In this document: piece by piece, positions 27,225-36,779 of the stretch
Position numbering within the stretch: the first letter of the stretch is position 1
Layout: every line of letters starts with the position of its first letter
Position numbers and translations under genes: made by a program
From: Methanomassiliicoccaceae archaeon UBA381
GTDB lineage: Archaea; Thermoplasmatota; Thermoplasmata; Methanomassiliicoccales; Methanomethylophilaceae
NCBI GenBank assembly: GCA_002502965.1
Contig: DAQS01000006.1
Coordinates: 77,552-141,551 of the forward strand
Direction: 5' to 3'
Length of the DNA: 64,000 bases
Notes under the pieces: generated by a model
What the model was told of the DNA's origin: nothing
Database searches by the model: none
Seen by the model: only the letters and a program-made list of their open reading frames with translations

Positions 27225-29405
27225 TCAATGTATGAACAGCATCTCGCGGTACTTGGGCAGCGGCCACATCTGATCATCCACTATCATCTCCAGGGAGTCC
27301 GCGTGCTCTCTCTCGTCGTCGAGATAGGGGCGTATCGTATCATGGAAGCCCAGCGCCCTCTCCCTTGCATCGTCAATACGCTCCAGTTGGTCGCACAGGA
27401 GATCCGTCTCCCGGGCCATCCTCCGGGCTTCGTACATATGCCTGGATATGTCTCGGATCAAGTCAACCTCATTCCCTGCCAGAGCATCGAACTCCTCCGG
27501 AGGGAACGCATCCTTTATCTTCGATACGTTCTCCAGGAGCATGGTCTGATACGATGTGGCCACCGGCAGTATGTGGTTCAGGACCATGTCGCTCATGACC
27601 CTGGCCTCGATCTCCGTCTTCAGAGAATACTGCTCCCACAGCACCTCAGCCCTGGCTTCCAGCTCGCTTCTCGTCAGGACCTTTGTCCTCTCATAAGCCC
27701 CGACAGTACTCTCAGAAAGGAGGGCTTCGTATACCTTGGGCACGGACGTCTCGCAGTCCAACCCCCTGCGGGCGGCCTCCTCTCTCCATTCCTCGGAATA
27801 GTTGTTGCCGTCGAAGCATATCCCTTTGCATACGCCGTAGTACTCCCTGACCGTCTCGAGGATCGCCTGCTCCTTCGAGACCCCGGCCGATATCTTCTCA
27901 TCGAGCTTCGATATGAACAGTGCCAGCTCATCTGCAACAATGGTGTTCACAGTCGTTATTGCCAGAGAGCAGTTGGCCGAGGAGCCCACTGCCCTGAACT
28001 CGAACCTGTCCCCGACGAAGGCAAAGGGGGATGTTCTGTTCCTATCGGTGTTATCCACGAGTATCTCGGGGATCTGGGGTATCCCGATGCTGTAGCCAGG
28101 GCGCTTGCCCATCTTGACCAAGCTCCTGGACTTGAGCATCTCCTCGAATACCTCCTTCAACTGGGAGCCCAGGAATGCCGATATTATCATAGGCGGGGCC
28201 TCGTTGGCGCCCAGCCTGTGGGCGTTGGAAGAGGACGCTATAGACGCTTTCAGCAGCCCGTTGTTCTTATACACGGCCATCAGGACGACGGACATGAAGG
28301 CAAGGAACCTCAGATTCTCCGAGTCCGTCCTCCCTGGACTGAAAAGACCAGGGCCGTCGTGTATGCCAATGGACCAGTTGCAGTGCTTGCCGGAGCCGTT
28401 CACTCCCCGGTACGGCTTCTCGTGGAAAAGGACCCTGAACCCGTGGCGCTTGGCCACCGGTTTCATCATGGACATCAGCATCAGGTTATGGTCTATTGCC
28501 AGATTGGCCTCCTCATATACCGGGGCTATCTCGAACTGGTTCGGGGCCACCTCATTGTGCCTCGTCTTGATCGGTATGCCCAGCTTGTAACATTCCGTCT
28601 CCAGGTCCCTGAAGAAGGAGAGAACCCTCTGCGGTATTGAGCCGAAATAGTGATCCTCGAGCTGCTGGCTCTTTGCACTCTCGTGGCCCATCAGTGTCCT
28701 ACCGGTCATCAGAAGATCTGGGCGGTGGGCGTACAGAGCAGAGTCTATCAGGAAGAATTCCTGCTCCCAGCCCAGATAAGGTATCACTCTGGCACTTTCC
28801 GTCCCGAAATATCTCAAAAGGTCGGATGCAGCCTTCCCGACAGCCCAGCAGGACCTCAGCAGAGGGGTCTTGTAATCCAAGGCCTCCCCGTTGTACGAGA
28901 TGAAGACCGTCGGTATGCACAGCGTGTCCCCTATAACGAATGCCGGAGAGGAAGGGTCCCATGCCGTGTATCCCCTGGCCTCGAAGGTGTTCCTAAGCCC
29001 ACCGCTGGGGAAAGAGGATGCGTCCGGCTCCTGCTGGCACAGTACTTTTCCGGTGAACGATTCCATGGCATCGCCGGGCCCCGAAGGCTGGATGAAGGAA
29101 TCGTGCTTCTCTGCCGTTTCCCCCGTCAGAGGCTGGAACCAGTGGGTGTAGTGGGTGGCGCCCATATCCATGGCCCATCGTTTCATGCCCTCCGCTACAT
29201 TCTCGGCCAGATTCTTGTCCAGGGTCCTGCCCTCCTCTATGCTCTCATATATCCCGCGCCTCACGTAGGATGGCAGGTACTTCCGCATGTTCTTCCTGCT
29301 GAAGACATTGCATCCGAAGTACTCCGAGACCATTCCCTGAGCGACGGTTTCCATCGGTTTTCTTGAGAACGCCGCGTCAACCGCCCTGAACCTGCTGTTG
29401 GTCAT
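27225..29405 (-). CDS. glnN: Glutamine synthetase type III (GlnN-like)
   Basis: 726 aa. The N-terminus MTNSRFRAV...EYFGCNVF...MRKYLP and the segment ATHYTHWFQPLTG..AEKHDSF are characteristic of large bacterial-type GSIII, not archaeal GSI. Confidence 0.88.
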   Translation of the reverse strand: MTNSRFRAVDAAFSRKPMETVAQGMVSEYFGCNVFSRKNMRKYLPSYVRRGIYESIEEGRTLDKNLAENVAEGMKRWAMDMGATHYTHWFQPLTGETAEKHDSFIQPSGPGDAMESFTGKVLCQQEPDASSFPSGGLRNTFEARGYTAWDPSSPAFVIGDTLCIPTVFISYNGEALDYKTPLLRSCWAVGKAASDLLRYFGTESARVIPYLGWEQEFFLIDSALYAHRPDLLMTGRTLMGHESAKSQQLEDHYFGSIPQRVLSFFRDLETECYKLGIPIKTRHNEVAPNQFEIAPVYEEANLAIDHNLMLMSMMKPVAKRHGFRVLFHEKPYRGVNGSGKHCNWSIGIHDGPGLFSPGRTDSENLRFLAFMSVVLMAVYKNNGLLKASIASSSNAHRLGANEAPPMIISAFLGSQLKEVFEEMLKSRSLVKMGKRPGYSIGIPQIPEILVDNTDRNRTSPFAFVGDRFEFRAVGSSANCSLAITTVNTIVADELALFISKLDEKISAGVSKEQAILETVREYYGVCKGICFDGNNYSEEWREEAARRGLDCETSVPKVYEALLSESTVGAYERTKVLTRSELEARAEVLWEQYSLKTEIEARVMSDMVLNHILPVATSYQTMLLENVSKIKDAFPPEEFDALAGNEVDLIRDISRHMYEARRMARETDLLCDQLERIDDARERALGFHDTIRPYLDDEREHADSLEMIVDDQMWPLPKYREMLFIH

Positions 29406-29631
29406 AATGCCTTCATCAACTTATGTTTAATAAATGTTGCTAATGATGCCTAAATATAGCGTTTTTATTTGGTATCTTAGACACACGTCTAATGATTCGT
29501 ATAAAAATGGCTTTTATGATCTCATACTGAATAAAACTGCAGCCCCCGTACCTTCAAATGAACGGCGGATACGCCCCCAAAGCCCATTGGATAAAGTATA
29601 TTTCACGTCATCGCATCGGCAGCAAGGGGCG

Positions 29632-30435
29632 ATGAATCCTTACATCAGACTCTTCAGGCCCGAGATGATACTAATCGGAATGACCTTCCTTCTCATCTCG
29701 GCGATGGTCGTTCCGGGAGCGACTATCCTGAGTGCGAATATGGCCATCGGCGCAGTTTCCGTGGCGCTGTTCGTCATGGGGGGCAACGCCCTGAACGATT
29801 ACTCAGACTCCGAATCGGATTCTGTGTCCCATCCTTCCAGACCCATACCGTCCGGGCTCATCCCGGGAAGGAATGCCCTGTACGCCGGATGCTCTCTCCT
29901 GATCGCATCCGCGATGGCAGCCACGCTCCTCCCTCCGATATCCTTCGCGATAGTGGCGTCCGCCTGCATTCTGGAGACGGCATACGAGCTGCGCCTCAAA
30001 CGCATGGGGCCGGCAGGGAATCTGACCATAGGCTTGGTGACAGGAATGACCTTCCTTCTGGGCGGGAGCATAGCCGGCGATGTCGCCAGATGCGCGATAC
30101 CTTCCCTCACCATAATGCTTATATCAATCGGCAGGGAGATAAGCTCGGATATGGCGGACGCCGCAGGGGATACGGGAAGAAGGACCCTGCCTAGGTCCGT
30201 GGGCCTCAGGATATCCGGGATCGCCGCATCCGCCGCGATCCTGTCAGCCATTCCTGTATCCCTTGTCTTCCCTGCATTATACGATACGGGCGGCCTCTTC
30301 CTGTTCGCAGCCATTCCCTATCTGCTGATATTGGAAACATCCAGGAGGATACTCTCCGGCGAGAAGGGGACGGAGCCCCTCATGCTGTCTTCCATGCTCC
30401 TGATGGGGTTGGCCTTCGGACTGGGATCATTTTGA
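29632..30435 (+). CDS. UbiA-family prenyltransferase, probably digeranylgeranylglyceryl phosphate synthase
   Basis: The ATG at 29632 gives MNPYIRLFRPEM. It has the Asp-rich motif NALNDYSDSESD, is polytopic, and is convergent with the geranylgeranyl reductase gene. Confidence 0.72.
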   Translation: MNPYIRLFRPEMILIGMTFLLISAMVVPGATILSANMAIGAVSVALFVMGGNALNDYSDSESDSVSHPSRPIPSGLIPGRNALYAGCSLLIASAMAATLLPPISFAIVASACILETAYELRLKRMGPAGNLTIGLVTGMTFLLGGSIAGDVARCAIPSLTIMLISIGREISSDMADAAGDTGRRTLPRSVGLRISGIAASAAILSAIPVSLVFPALYDTGGLFLFAAIPYLLILETSRRILSGEKGTEPLMLSSMLLMGLAFGLGSF

Positions 30436-31608
30436 TCTAAAAAGCTCCGGGCACATGGCCTTGGCCGCGGCCTTCAGCTCGTCACCTCTCAGGCGCTCGA
30501 AATCATAATCCCTGACGGCGAGGATGAGCTTGTCCAGAATATCGTCCGACATATCAACGTATTTCTCCTTCATCCTCCAGCTCCGAAGGAGCTCGTCCTC
30601 CATCTCACTGCGCCACATACGGTCGTACTCCATCAGCGAGTCCTTGGACACGTCCCCTTTCCTTATGCAGTCCGCAGCCACCTCTCCCGCCATCCTTCCG
30701 GTCCTGAGCGCATTCCGTATACCTCCCCCTGTGAGGGGATTGATCACTCTCGCCGCATCCCCCGCGGCCATTATCCCATCCCCGACGGAGCAGGAGATCC
30801 CGGGCTTTGTGGATACAGCTCCCGCGACCATGGCCAGGACCTTCCCCTTCCTGAGCCGGGGATCGCTTTCTATGAAATTATCAAGGAACACCTTCGCCTC
30901 TCCTTCGGAAACACATTTGCTGCCCTGTATCCCCAATCCCACATTCGCCGTTCCGTTGCCTTTGGGGAATATCCACGCATAGCCTCCCGGGGCGCAGGAG
31001 CCCAATACGATCTCGCAGAAGCTCTCCTCTATCTCCAGGCCGGACATGAGATACTGCAGGCATGTCTCGATGTCGGAAGGATCAAGATCTGTGTCCAGAC
31101 CTGCCCATCTCGCCGTCTGGCTCTCGTAACCGTCCGCGGCTATCACGCAACGGGCGCGTATCTCCTTTTCCGAGCCCATGTGCCTCACGTTGACGCCGGA
31201 CACCTTCCCGTCCTCTGTGATAACACCTACGCACCCCGCCCTCATCATTATCTTGGCACCGGATGCGGCAGCCCTTTCCGCAAGGAACTTGTCGAATAGA
31301 TGCCTGTTGAGAACGTATCCCACCTCCGAGCCCTCCTGGCATTCGCGTACTTTTAGTATATTCCCGGAAGGGGATCTCATTATCGTGCCGGAGATCCTCG
31401 CAGATATCCATCTGGGATCCGGGTCTATGCCCACCTCCAGAAGCCTCCTCTTGGATACCCCTTCCGCACATCTCAAAGGGGCACCTATCTCCGCCTTCTT
31501 CTCTAGAAGTATGACGTCCACCCCGCCGTCGGCGGCGTGCTTCGCCGCCATGCTGCCGGCGGGTCCGGCTCCGACAACGACAATATCGCAATCATAGCTG
31601 ATCGGCAT
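30427..31608 (-). CDS. Geranylgeranyl reductase family flavoprotein (digeranylgeranylglycerophospholipid reductase-like)
   Basis: The ATG at 31608 gives MPISYDCDIVVVGAGPAGSMAAKHAA...RCAEGVS. Confidence 0.88.
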   Translation of the reverse strand: MPISYDCDIVVVGAGPAGSMAAKHAADGGVDVILLEKKAEIGAPLRCAEGVSKRRLLEVGIDPDPRWISARISGTIMRSPSGNILKVRECQEGSEVGYVLNRHLFDKFLAERAAASGAKIMMRAGCVGVITEDGKVSGVNVRHMGSEKEIRARCVIAADGYESQTARWAGLDTDLDPSDIETCLQYLMSGLEIEESFCEIVLGSCAPGGYAWIFPKGNGTANVGLGIQGSKCVSEGEAKVFLDNFIESDPRLRKGKVLAMVAGAVSTKPGISCSVGDGIMAAGDAARVINPLTGGGIRNALRTGRMAGEVAADCIRKGDVSKDSLMEYDRMWRSEMEDELLRSWRMKEKYVDMSDDILDKLILAVRDYDFERLRGDELKAAAKAMCPELFRSK

Positions 31609-31772
31609 CTCGGAACGAATATAACGGAACGTGGATAAAAACAGATGCTCTTTCAATTATTGTCAAAGAGAATGCTGGGTCCTTCCGCTCAATGTTAAAG
31701 TATTATAAAACCATGCTTCTGTCATGTGCCTGCGCGCCGTGTGCGTGCCAGTATCGGCGCAGGGAGGATAAT

Positions 31773-32102
31773 ATGGCTACGGTCACAGCACACATGAACT
31801 TCTGCAACAAGACCCACAGAGCAACCGTTACAAAAAGAGAGGACGAGGATTTCGATGTCTCCATAGAATCGGATTGCGAATTCGTGCAGGAATATGCGAG
31901 ACTGCTCACCAAGATAACCCTGGAAGACCTCACGGATAACAGGACCAGCTCGATAACTGACCCGGAGAAGCTGAAGTACATAATGGGTCCGTGCCTGGCC
32001 CCCAATGCAGTGTTCAACGCCGGATGGCTGGAGGCGGAGATGTTCTCGAAGAGCCTTGCCAAGAAGGTCAGGCAGAACGTGGTCTCTTTCGAGGATCTCT
32101 GA
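31773..32102 (+). CDS. Hypothetical protein (109 aa)
   Basis: ATG at 31773 with GGAGG 6 nt upstream. No family recognised. Its stop lies 2 nt before the likely arsC start. Confidence 0.5.
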   Translation: MATVTAHMNFCNKTHRATVTKREDEDFDVSIESDCEFVQEYARLLTKITLEDLTDNRTSSITDPEKLKYIMGPCLAPNAVFNAGWLEAEMFSKSLAKKVRQNVVSFEDL

Positions 32103-32104
32103 AT

Positions 32105-32587
32105 TTGCCAAATATACAGCGGAGCAGGACGTCGGGAGCTGATATCATCTCAGAGAAGTCTGTCGTACAGGAAGCGCACGGAGTACGAAGGCCGCGGATC
32201 GCCTTCGTATGCGTTCACAACTCATGCAGGAGCCAGATCGCGGAAGCTTTCTCCCGGGCATATGCGCACGATACTTTCGACGTCTTCTCCGCCGGAACGG
32301 AGCCCTCGGAGATCGACCCGGATGCGCTGAGACTTTTGACCGACAGATACGGCATTAACGTAAAGGATCGTCAGTCGTCGAAGCATATATCCGATCTTCC
32401 CCGGGTGGATATCGTCGTGACCATGGGGTGCGGCGTCGCGTGCCCGAATGTCCTGTGCCGGCACTCAGAGGATTGGGGGATCGGCGATCCCACGGGCTCC
32501 GACGATGCCGTGTTCATCGAGGTCATGGAAACAGTATACGAAAAGGTCCTGGACCTCAGGGAGAGGATACGCTCGGGCAGGCTATGA
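32105..32587 (+). CDS. arsC: Low-molecular-weight phosphatase-type arsenate reductase (start uncertain)
   Basis: The core is RIAFVCVHNSCRSQIAEAF...VVTMGCGVACP. There is no in-frame ATG after the upstream gene. A TTG at 32105 with GAGGAT 8 nt upstream is the best candidate. The track's GTG at 31991 overlaps the previous gene by 112 nt. Confidence 0.78.
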   Translation: MPNIQRSRTSGADIISEKSVVQEAHGVRRPRIAFVCVHNSCRSQIAEAFSRAYAHDTFDVFSAGTEPSEIDPDALRLLTDRYGINVKDRQSSKHISDLPRVDIVVTMGCGVACPNVLCRHSEDWGIGDPTGSDDAVFIEVMETVYEKVLDLRERIRSGRL

Positions 32588-32643
32588 CCCTGTTCCGATA
32601 GCACGCTTGTATATCCTGCGGATCAGAGGCCCCGGGACGGATC

Positions 32644-32916
32644 TCAAACTTTGATCTCTTTCTCCAGTATCCTCATTATCTCCTCTTTCCCGAGCACTCT
32701 CCCAGGCGAGAAGATCTTGTTGCCGACCACCAGGGCCGGTGTGGACATGACCCCGTACTTCATTATTTCCCTGATATCATCGATATGATCGACTTCCTGG
32801 AGTATGCCCATCTCCTTCAATGCGTCACGGGCGTTAGCTTCCAACTTTCTGCACTTGGAGCAGCCGGTTCCGAGCACTTTCACGAATGCTCCTTCTCCTG
32901 TGTACTTTCTTTCCAT
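32644..32916 (-). CDS. Small thioredoxin-fold protein (redox-active disulfide protein 2-like)
   Basis: 90 aa. VKVLGTGCSKCRKLE carries a CxxC active site. The gene lies directly downstream of the permease gene. Confidence 0.8.
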   Translation of the reverse strand: MERKYTGEGAFVKVLGTGCSKCRKLEANARDALKEMGILQEVDHIDDIREIMKYGVMSTPALVVGNKIFSPGRVLGKEEIMRILEKEIKV

Positions 32917-32920
32917 TATC

Positions 32921-33943
32921 TCACATCCATACTACGAAATTGAAAATGTATCCTATGATGATTATCCCTATGACAACTATGAGTAAGAATATCGCCAGGA
33001 GCCTCTTCTTCATGACACTCCTGAGCAACATTACTGACGGTATCGACGTGGCTGTCACGGCCATCATGAATGCCAATATCGTCCCTGCACCTATGCCCTT
33101 AGCATAAAGCGCTTCGGCTATCGGTATGGTCCCGAATATGTCCGCATAGATCGGGACTCCCAACAGAGTTGCCAGAATGACTGAGAATGGATTCTGCTGC
33201 CCCAAGACCGATTGTATAACGTCGGTGGGAATCCAGTTGTGTATGATCGCCCCGACGCCCACACCTATCAGTATGTACACGAACACTCTCCTGAAGGTGT
33301 CCTTCGTCTGATCCCAGGAATATGATGCGCGGTCCTTCCTGCTCATACTGTCCGATATTGTGGCACATGCACATCCCTCCCCGCCTGTCACAACGGGATC
33401 CGGCCTGGCGAACTCCTCGATCTGATCCTCCATATGCATCCTCTCGATCAAAGAGCCGCCCACAACGGCAAGCAGTATCCCCACAACGAGATAAGCGATC
33501 GCTATCTCCGGACCGAAGATGCCTATCAGGACGATAAGAGCTGCCAGATCTATGAATGGGGAAGAGATCAGGAATGAGAATGTCACCCCTGCCGGCAGGC
33601 CGGCCTTGGTGAATCCTATGAATAGGGGAACGGATGAACAGCTGCAGAAGGGCGTCAGTGTTCCCAATACAGCGCCGGCGAAGTTACCCTTCAGTCCCTT
33701 CACCTTGCCTAGGATCTCCCGTGTCCGCTCAGGCGGGAAATAGCTCTGTATGTAAGATATCACGAAGATCAGCGACAGCAGCAGCATCACGATCTTTATC
33801 GAATCATATATGAAGAACTGCAGACTGCCGCCCAGCCTTCCGCCGACATCTATTCCCAACGCTGTGAGCCCGTTGCCCACTGCGTCGTTAAGCCACTTCA
33901 TACCAAGTATCTGGGCCTGGAAAAAATCCCATATCCTGCTCAT
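32921..33943 (-). CDS. Two-domain permease (DUF318 / ArsP-like)
   Basis: 340 aa and polytopic. It has the motif TPFCSCSSVP and a Cys-rich central loop, GGEGCACATISD. Confidence 0.78.
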   Translation of the reverse strand: MSRIWDFFQAQILGMKWLNDAVGNGLTALGIDVGGRLGGSLQFFIYDSIKIVMLLLSLIFVISYIQSYFPPERTREILGKVKGLKGNFAGAVLGTLTPFCSCSSVPLFIGFTKAGLPAGVTFSFLISSPFIDLAALIVLIGIFGPEIAIAYLVVGILLAVVGGSLIERMHMEDQIEEFARPDPVVTGGEGCACATISDSMSRKDRASYSWDQTKDTFRRVFVYILIGVGVGAIIHNWIPTDVIQSVLGQQNPFSVILATLLGVPIYADIFGTIPIAEALYAKGIGAGTILAFMMAVTATSIPSVMLLRSVMKKRLLAIFLLIVVIGIIIIGYIFNFVVWM

Positions 33944-34026
33944 GTTTTGCCTCTGCCGTTCTCATCAGCTTTCCGCCCGAAGACATAAGCGTATCGGCTG
34001 GAATATTCCATATGAGCTATTGTATA

Positions 34027-34038
34027 TAGATATATCTA
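34027..34038. promoter_or_regulatory. Perfect 12-bp palindrome TAGATATATCTA between arsR and the permease gene
   Basis: Read directly from the sequence. Confidence 0.3.
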
Positions 34039-34049
34039 AATGTGCCTAT

Positions 34050-34367
34050 CTAGTCTTGGAACCAGCCGCTCTTACTGATATCACGGTTCCCGGGTGTCGT
34101 ATCGGATATCTCTTTGAGATCGGATATGAGGCCGTCTATAATGCTCCTATCCAGAGAATAATGCATCCACTGCCCGTCCTTCCTGCCTACGACCAGACCG
34201 CTTCTCATTAGCACTCCCATGTGATGGGAGAGCGTGGGCTGGGAGACGCTCAAATTCTCCAGCAACTTGCAGGCGCACATCTCGCCCCCTGCGAGCATGG
34301 ATACGATCCTCAGGCGGTTCTGGTCCGACAATGCCTTGAAGATGTCCGTCCGATTCTCTGTGAGCAT
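34050..34367 (-). CDS. arsR: ArsR/SmtB family metalloregulator
   Basis: 105 aa. Contains FKALSDQNRLRIVSMLAGGEMCACKLLENLSVSQPTLSHHMGVL. TAG stop. Confidence 0.88.
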   Translation of the reverse strand: MLTENRTDIFKALSDQNRLRIVSMLAGGEMCACKLLENLSVSQPTLSHHMGVLMRSGLVVGRKDGQWMHYSLDRSIIDGLISDLKEISDTTPGNRDISKSGWFQD

Positions 34368-34475
34368 GGGTTCCGTCTAGGTATCGGTAGTTATTTATCT
34401 GTGTCGAATCGAAGAAAACCCACCGTACATGGGATATTGGATAAAAAGAAAGGAAGAGGTTTGAGGATGCAGGGA

Positions 34476-36053
34476 TTACCCGAGCATCTTCTTCATATCC
34501 TCGGCAGGCGTGCTTATCAGGGATACTTCAAACTCCTTGACCAGGAAGTTCAGCACGTTCGGGGAAACGAACGCCGGCAGGGTCGGCCCGAGATATATCC
34601 CCTTGACGCCCAGGCTTAGCAGGGTCAGCAAAACTGCCACCGCCTTCTGCTCATACCACGAGAGCACTATGCTTAAAGGAAGATCATTCACCGAGCATTC
34701 GAATGCCTCGGCAAGAGCCAATGCGACCTTCACGGCCCCGTAGGCATCGTTGCACTGACCCACATCGAGTATCCGGGGTATTCCTCCGATGTCCCCTATA
34801 TTCATGTCGTTGAACCTGTACTTGCCGCAAGCCAGGGTCAGGATCAGAGTGCCGTTGGGAGCGTTCCTGACAAAATCCGTGAAATAATTCCTTCCGGGCT
34901 TGGCGCCGTCACATCCTCCGACAAGGAATATGTGGCTTATCGCGCCAGCTTTCACGCCTTCGATGACCTTGTCGGCCACGGACATTATCGTTCCGGCGGA
35001 GAATCCCGTGGTAACGGTCTTCCCCCCGTTGATGCCGGTCATCTGCCTGTCCTCCTTGTAGCCTCCCAGGACCTTCGCCTTCTCTATCAGAGGGGAGAAA
35101 TCGCGGTCCTCGCCGATATGGACGGTGTCGGGGTAGCTGACGGGACCTGCGGTGAAAACGCGGTCGATGTAGCTCGCCTTGGGCTTCATCAGGCAGTTCG
35201 TGGTGAAGAGTATGGGCGCCGGAACGTCGTCGAACTCATCGCGCTGATTCTGCCAAGCGGTGCCAAAGTTACCCTTCAAATGGCTGTACTTCCTCAATTC
35301 CGGATATCCGTGGGCCGGCAGCATCTCCCCGTGGGTATAGATGTTGATGCCTTTGTCCTCTGTCTGCTTCAGAAGAGCTTCCAGATCCAGAAGGTCATGT
35401 CCGGTCACGATTATGAATGGGCCCTTCTCGATCTTCATGGGCACCGTGTTCGGAGCGGGCACGCCGTACTTCTCGGTGTTCGCCTTGTCCAGGAGGGCCA
35501 TGCACTTGAGATTGGCCTGTCCCGTCTCCATGGTCATGGCCAAAAGCTCATTGAAATCGGAGGACTCCCCGATGGCCCCGAGAGCCTTGTACATGAACGA
35601 GTCGACCTCCGGATCCTTGTATCCCAGTACCTTGGCGTGATAGGCATAGGCGGCGATGCCCTTAAGGCCGAAGAGGATCAGGGATTTGAGGGACCTTATA
35701 TCCTCATCGTCTGTCCAGATCTTCTCCGTCCTGAACGCCACGTTGCCGCAGCCGCAGACGTTGGACCCGCAGAGCCTCTCGGTCTCCTCCTCCACGGCAT
35801 CAATCTGCCTCTTAACAGAGAGGGGGTCGAAATCAACGTTGGTGATGGTTCTGAAAAGAGCCTCCTTCACGATGTCGTCGGTTCTGTCACCCGTCTTCCC
35901 CTTCGCCCTTATCGACAGGTCGACAAGCGCTGTTATAAGATCATCTTGCAGATTCGCCACGTCGGACGACTTACCGCATACCCCCGCCGAACCCGTGCAT
36001 CCGGTACCTTTGGCCGTCTGCTCGCACTGAAAACAAAACATTTCATTCTTCAT
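34476..36053 (-). CDS. hcp: Hybrid cluster protein / hydroxylamine reductase
   Basis: 525 aa. The N-terminal Cys cluster is MFCFQCEQTAKGTGCTGSAGVCGK. Confidence 0.95.
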   Translation of the reverse strand: MKNEMFCFQCEQTAKGTGCTGSAGVCGKSSDVANLQDDLITALVDLSIRAKGKTGDRTDDIVKEALFRTITNVDFDPLSVKRQIDAVEEETERLCGSNVCGCGNVAFRTEKIWTDDEDIRSLKSLILFGLKGIAAYAYHAKVLGYKDPEVDSFMYKALGAIGESSDFNELLAMTMETGQANLKCMALLDKANTEKYGVPAPNTVPMKIEKGPFIIVTGHDLLDLEALLKQTEDKGINIYTHGEMLPAHGYPELRKYSHLKGNFGTAWQNQRDEFDDVPAPILFTTNCLMKPKASYIDRVFTAGPVSYPDTVHIGEDRDFSPLIEKAKVLGGYKEDRQMTGINGGKTVTTGFSAGTIMSVADKVIEGVKAGAISHIFLVGGCDGAKPGRNYFTDFVRNAPNGTLILTLACGKYRFNDMNIGDIGGIPRILDVGQCNDAYGAVKVALALAEAFECSVNDLPLSIVLSWYEQKAVAVLLTLLSLGVKGIYLGPTLPAFVSPNVLNFLVKEFEVSLISTPAEDMKKMLG

Positions 36054-36083
36054 TATTCAGATCTCCTTTCCGATTTATCCTTT

Positions 36084-36120
36084 GGATACCTGGTATAATA
36101 AAGATACCAGATTAAATACC
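36084..36120. promoter_or_regulatory. Cluster of ATACC/GGTAT motifs, including the inverted repeat CTGGTAT-N7-ATACCAG, in the divergent hcp-hxlR intergenic region
   Basis: Read directly: GGATACCTGGTATAATAAAGATACCAGATTAAATACC. Confidence 0.35.
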
Positions 36121-36141
36121 GTCAGTTTCCATAAGCATACC

Positions 36142-36498
36142 ATGAACAAAAGCTGCACCGTGTACAGGACCATGGATTATCTCTCTAAGAAATGGACCGT
36201 GATGATCATGCTGGAACTGTACAAAGGCAACAGATGGAAGAGATTCTCCGAGATCAAGAGATCCATGGAGGAGATCACCCCAAAAATGCTCTCGGAACGC
36301 CTGAAGGTCCTGGAGGACGAAGGTATAGTGGAAAGGAAGGTCGACAACGAAGAAGCACCGATGAGAGTATGCTACCGGCTGACCGAGATGGGTCTGGATC
36401 TCATACCGGTGATCAAGAGCATAAAATCCTGGGCTCTGAAATGGAAGGAGAAGAACACCGCATGTGCCTCGCAGGACTGTATAGTGTGTGTTCTCTGA
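36142..36498 (+). CDS. HxlR-family transcriptional regulator
   Basis: The ATG at 36142 gives MNKSCTVYRTMDYLSKKWTVMIMLEL...RFSEIKRSMEEITPKMLSERLKVLEDEGIV. Confidence 0.85.
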   Translation: MNKSCTVYRTMDYLSKKWTVMIMLELYKGNRWKRFSEIKRSMEEITPKMLSERLKVLEDEGIVERKVDNEEAPMRVCYRLTEMGLDLIPVIKSIKSWALKWKEKNTACASQDCIVCVL

Positions 36499-36556
36499 GG
36501 TCGGCATCGATATGAGAGGAGCCGTATGCGCACCGCGGTCAAAAATGGGAGTATAG

Positions 36557-36641
36557 TGCAGGGGATGGGATTTGAACCCACGGACCACTGAAGGACTAGG
36601 CCCTCAACCTAGCGTCGTTGGCCATGCTTGACTACCCCTGC
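36557..36641 (-). tRNA. tRNA-Leu (anticodon GAG), long variable arm, no encoded CCA
   Basis: The minus strand reads GCAGGGG-TA-GTC..GAC-G-CTAGG-TTGAGGG-CCTAG-(13-nt variable arm)-GTGGG-TTCAAAT-CCCAT-CCCCTGC-A. Confidence 0.9.
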
Positions 36642-36779
36642 GTATAGGCGACGTAAACGAATTCGCTTAATAAGTTTTGCCGTCTGGAAACATGTGTGGA
36701 GCAGCGTTTCCGCACCATAACCGGTCCCGGACAGCATACATGCAATCAAAATTAATACACGGACGCCTTTGGCTTGGAT

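Noticed and set aside
31991-32104. GTG at 31991 as the arsC start (as given in the ORF track)
   Set aside because: It would overlap the upstream gene by 112 nt and add about 60 residues that are not phosphatase-like. The TTG at 32105 with an RBS is more plausible, though unproven.
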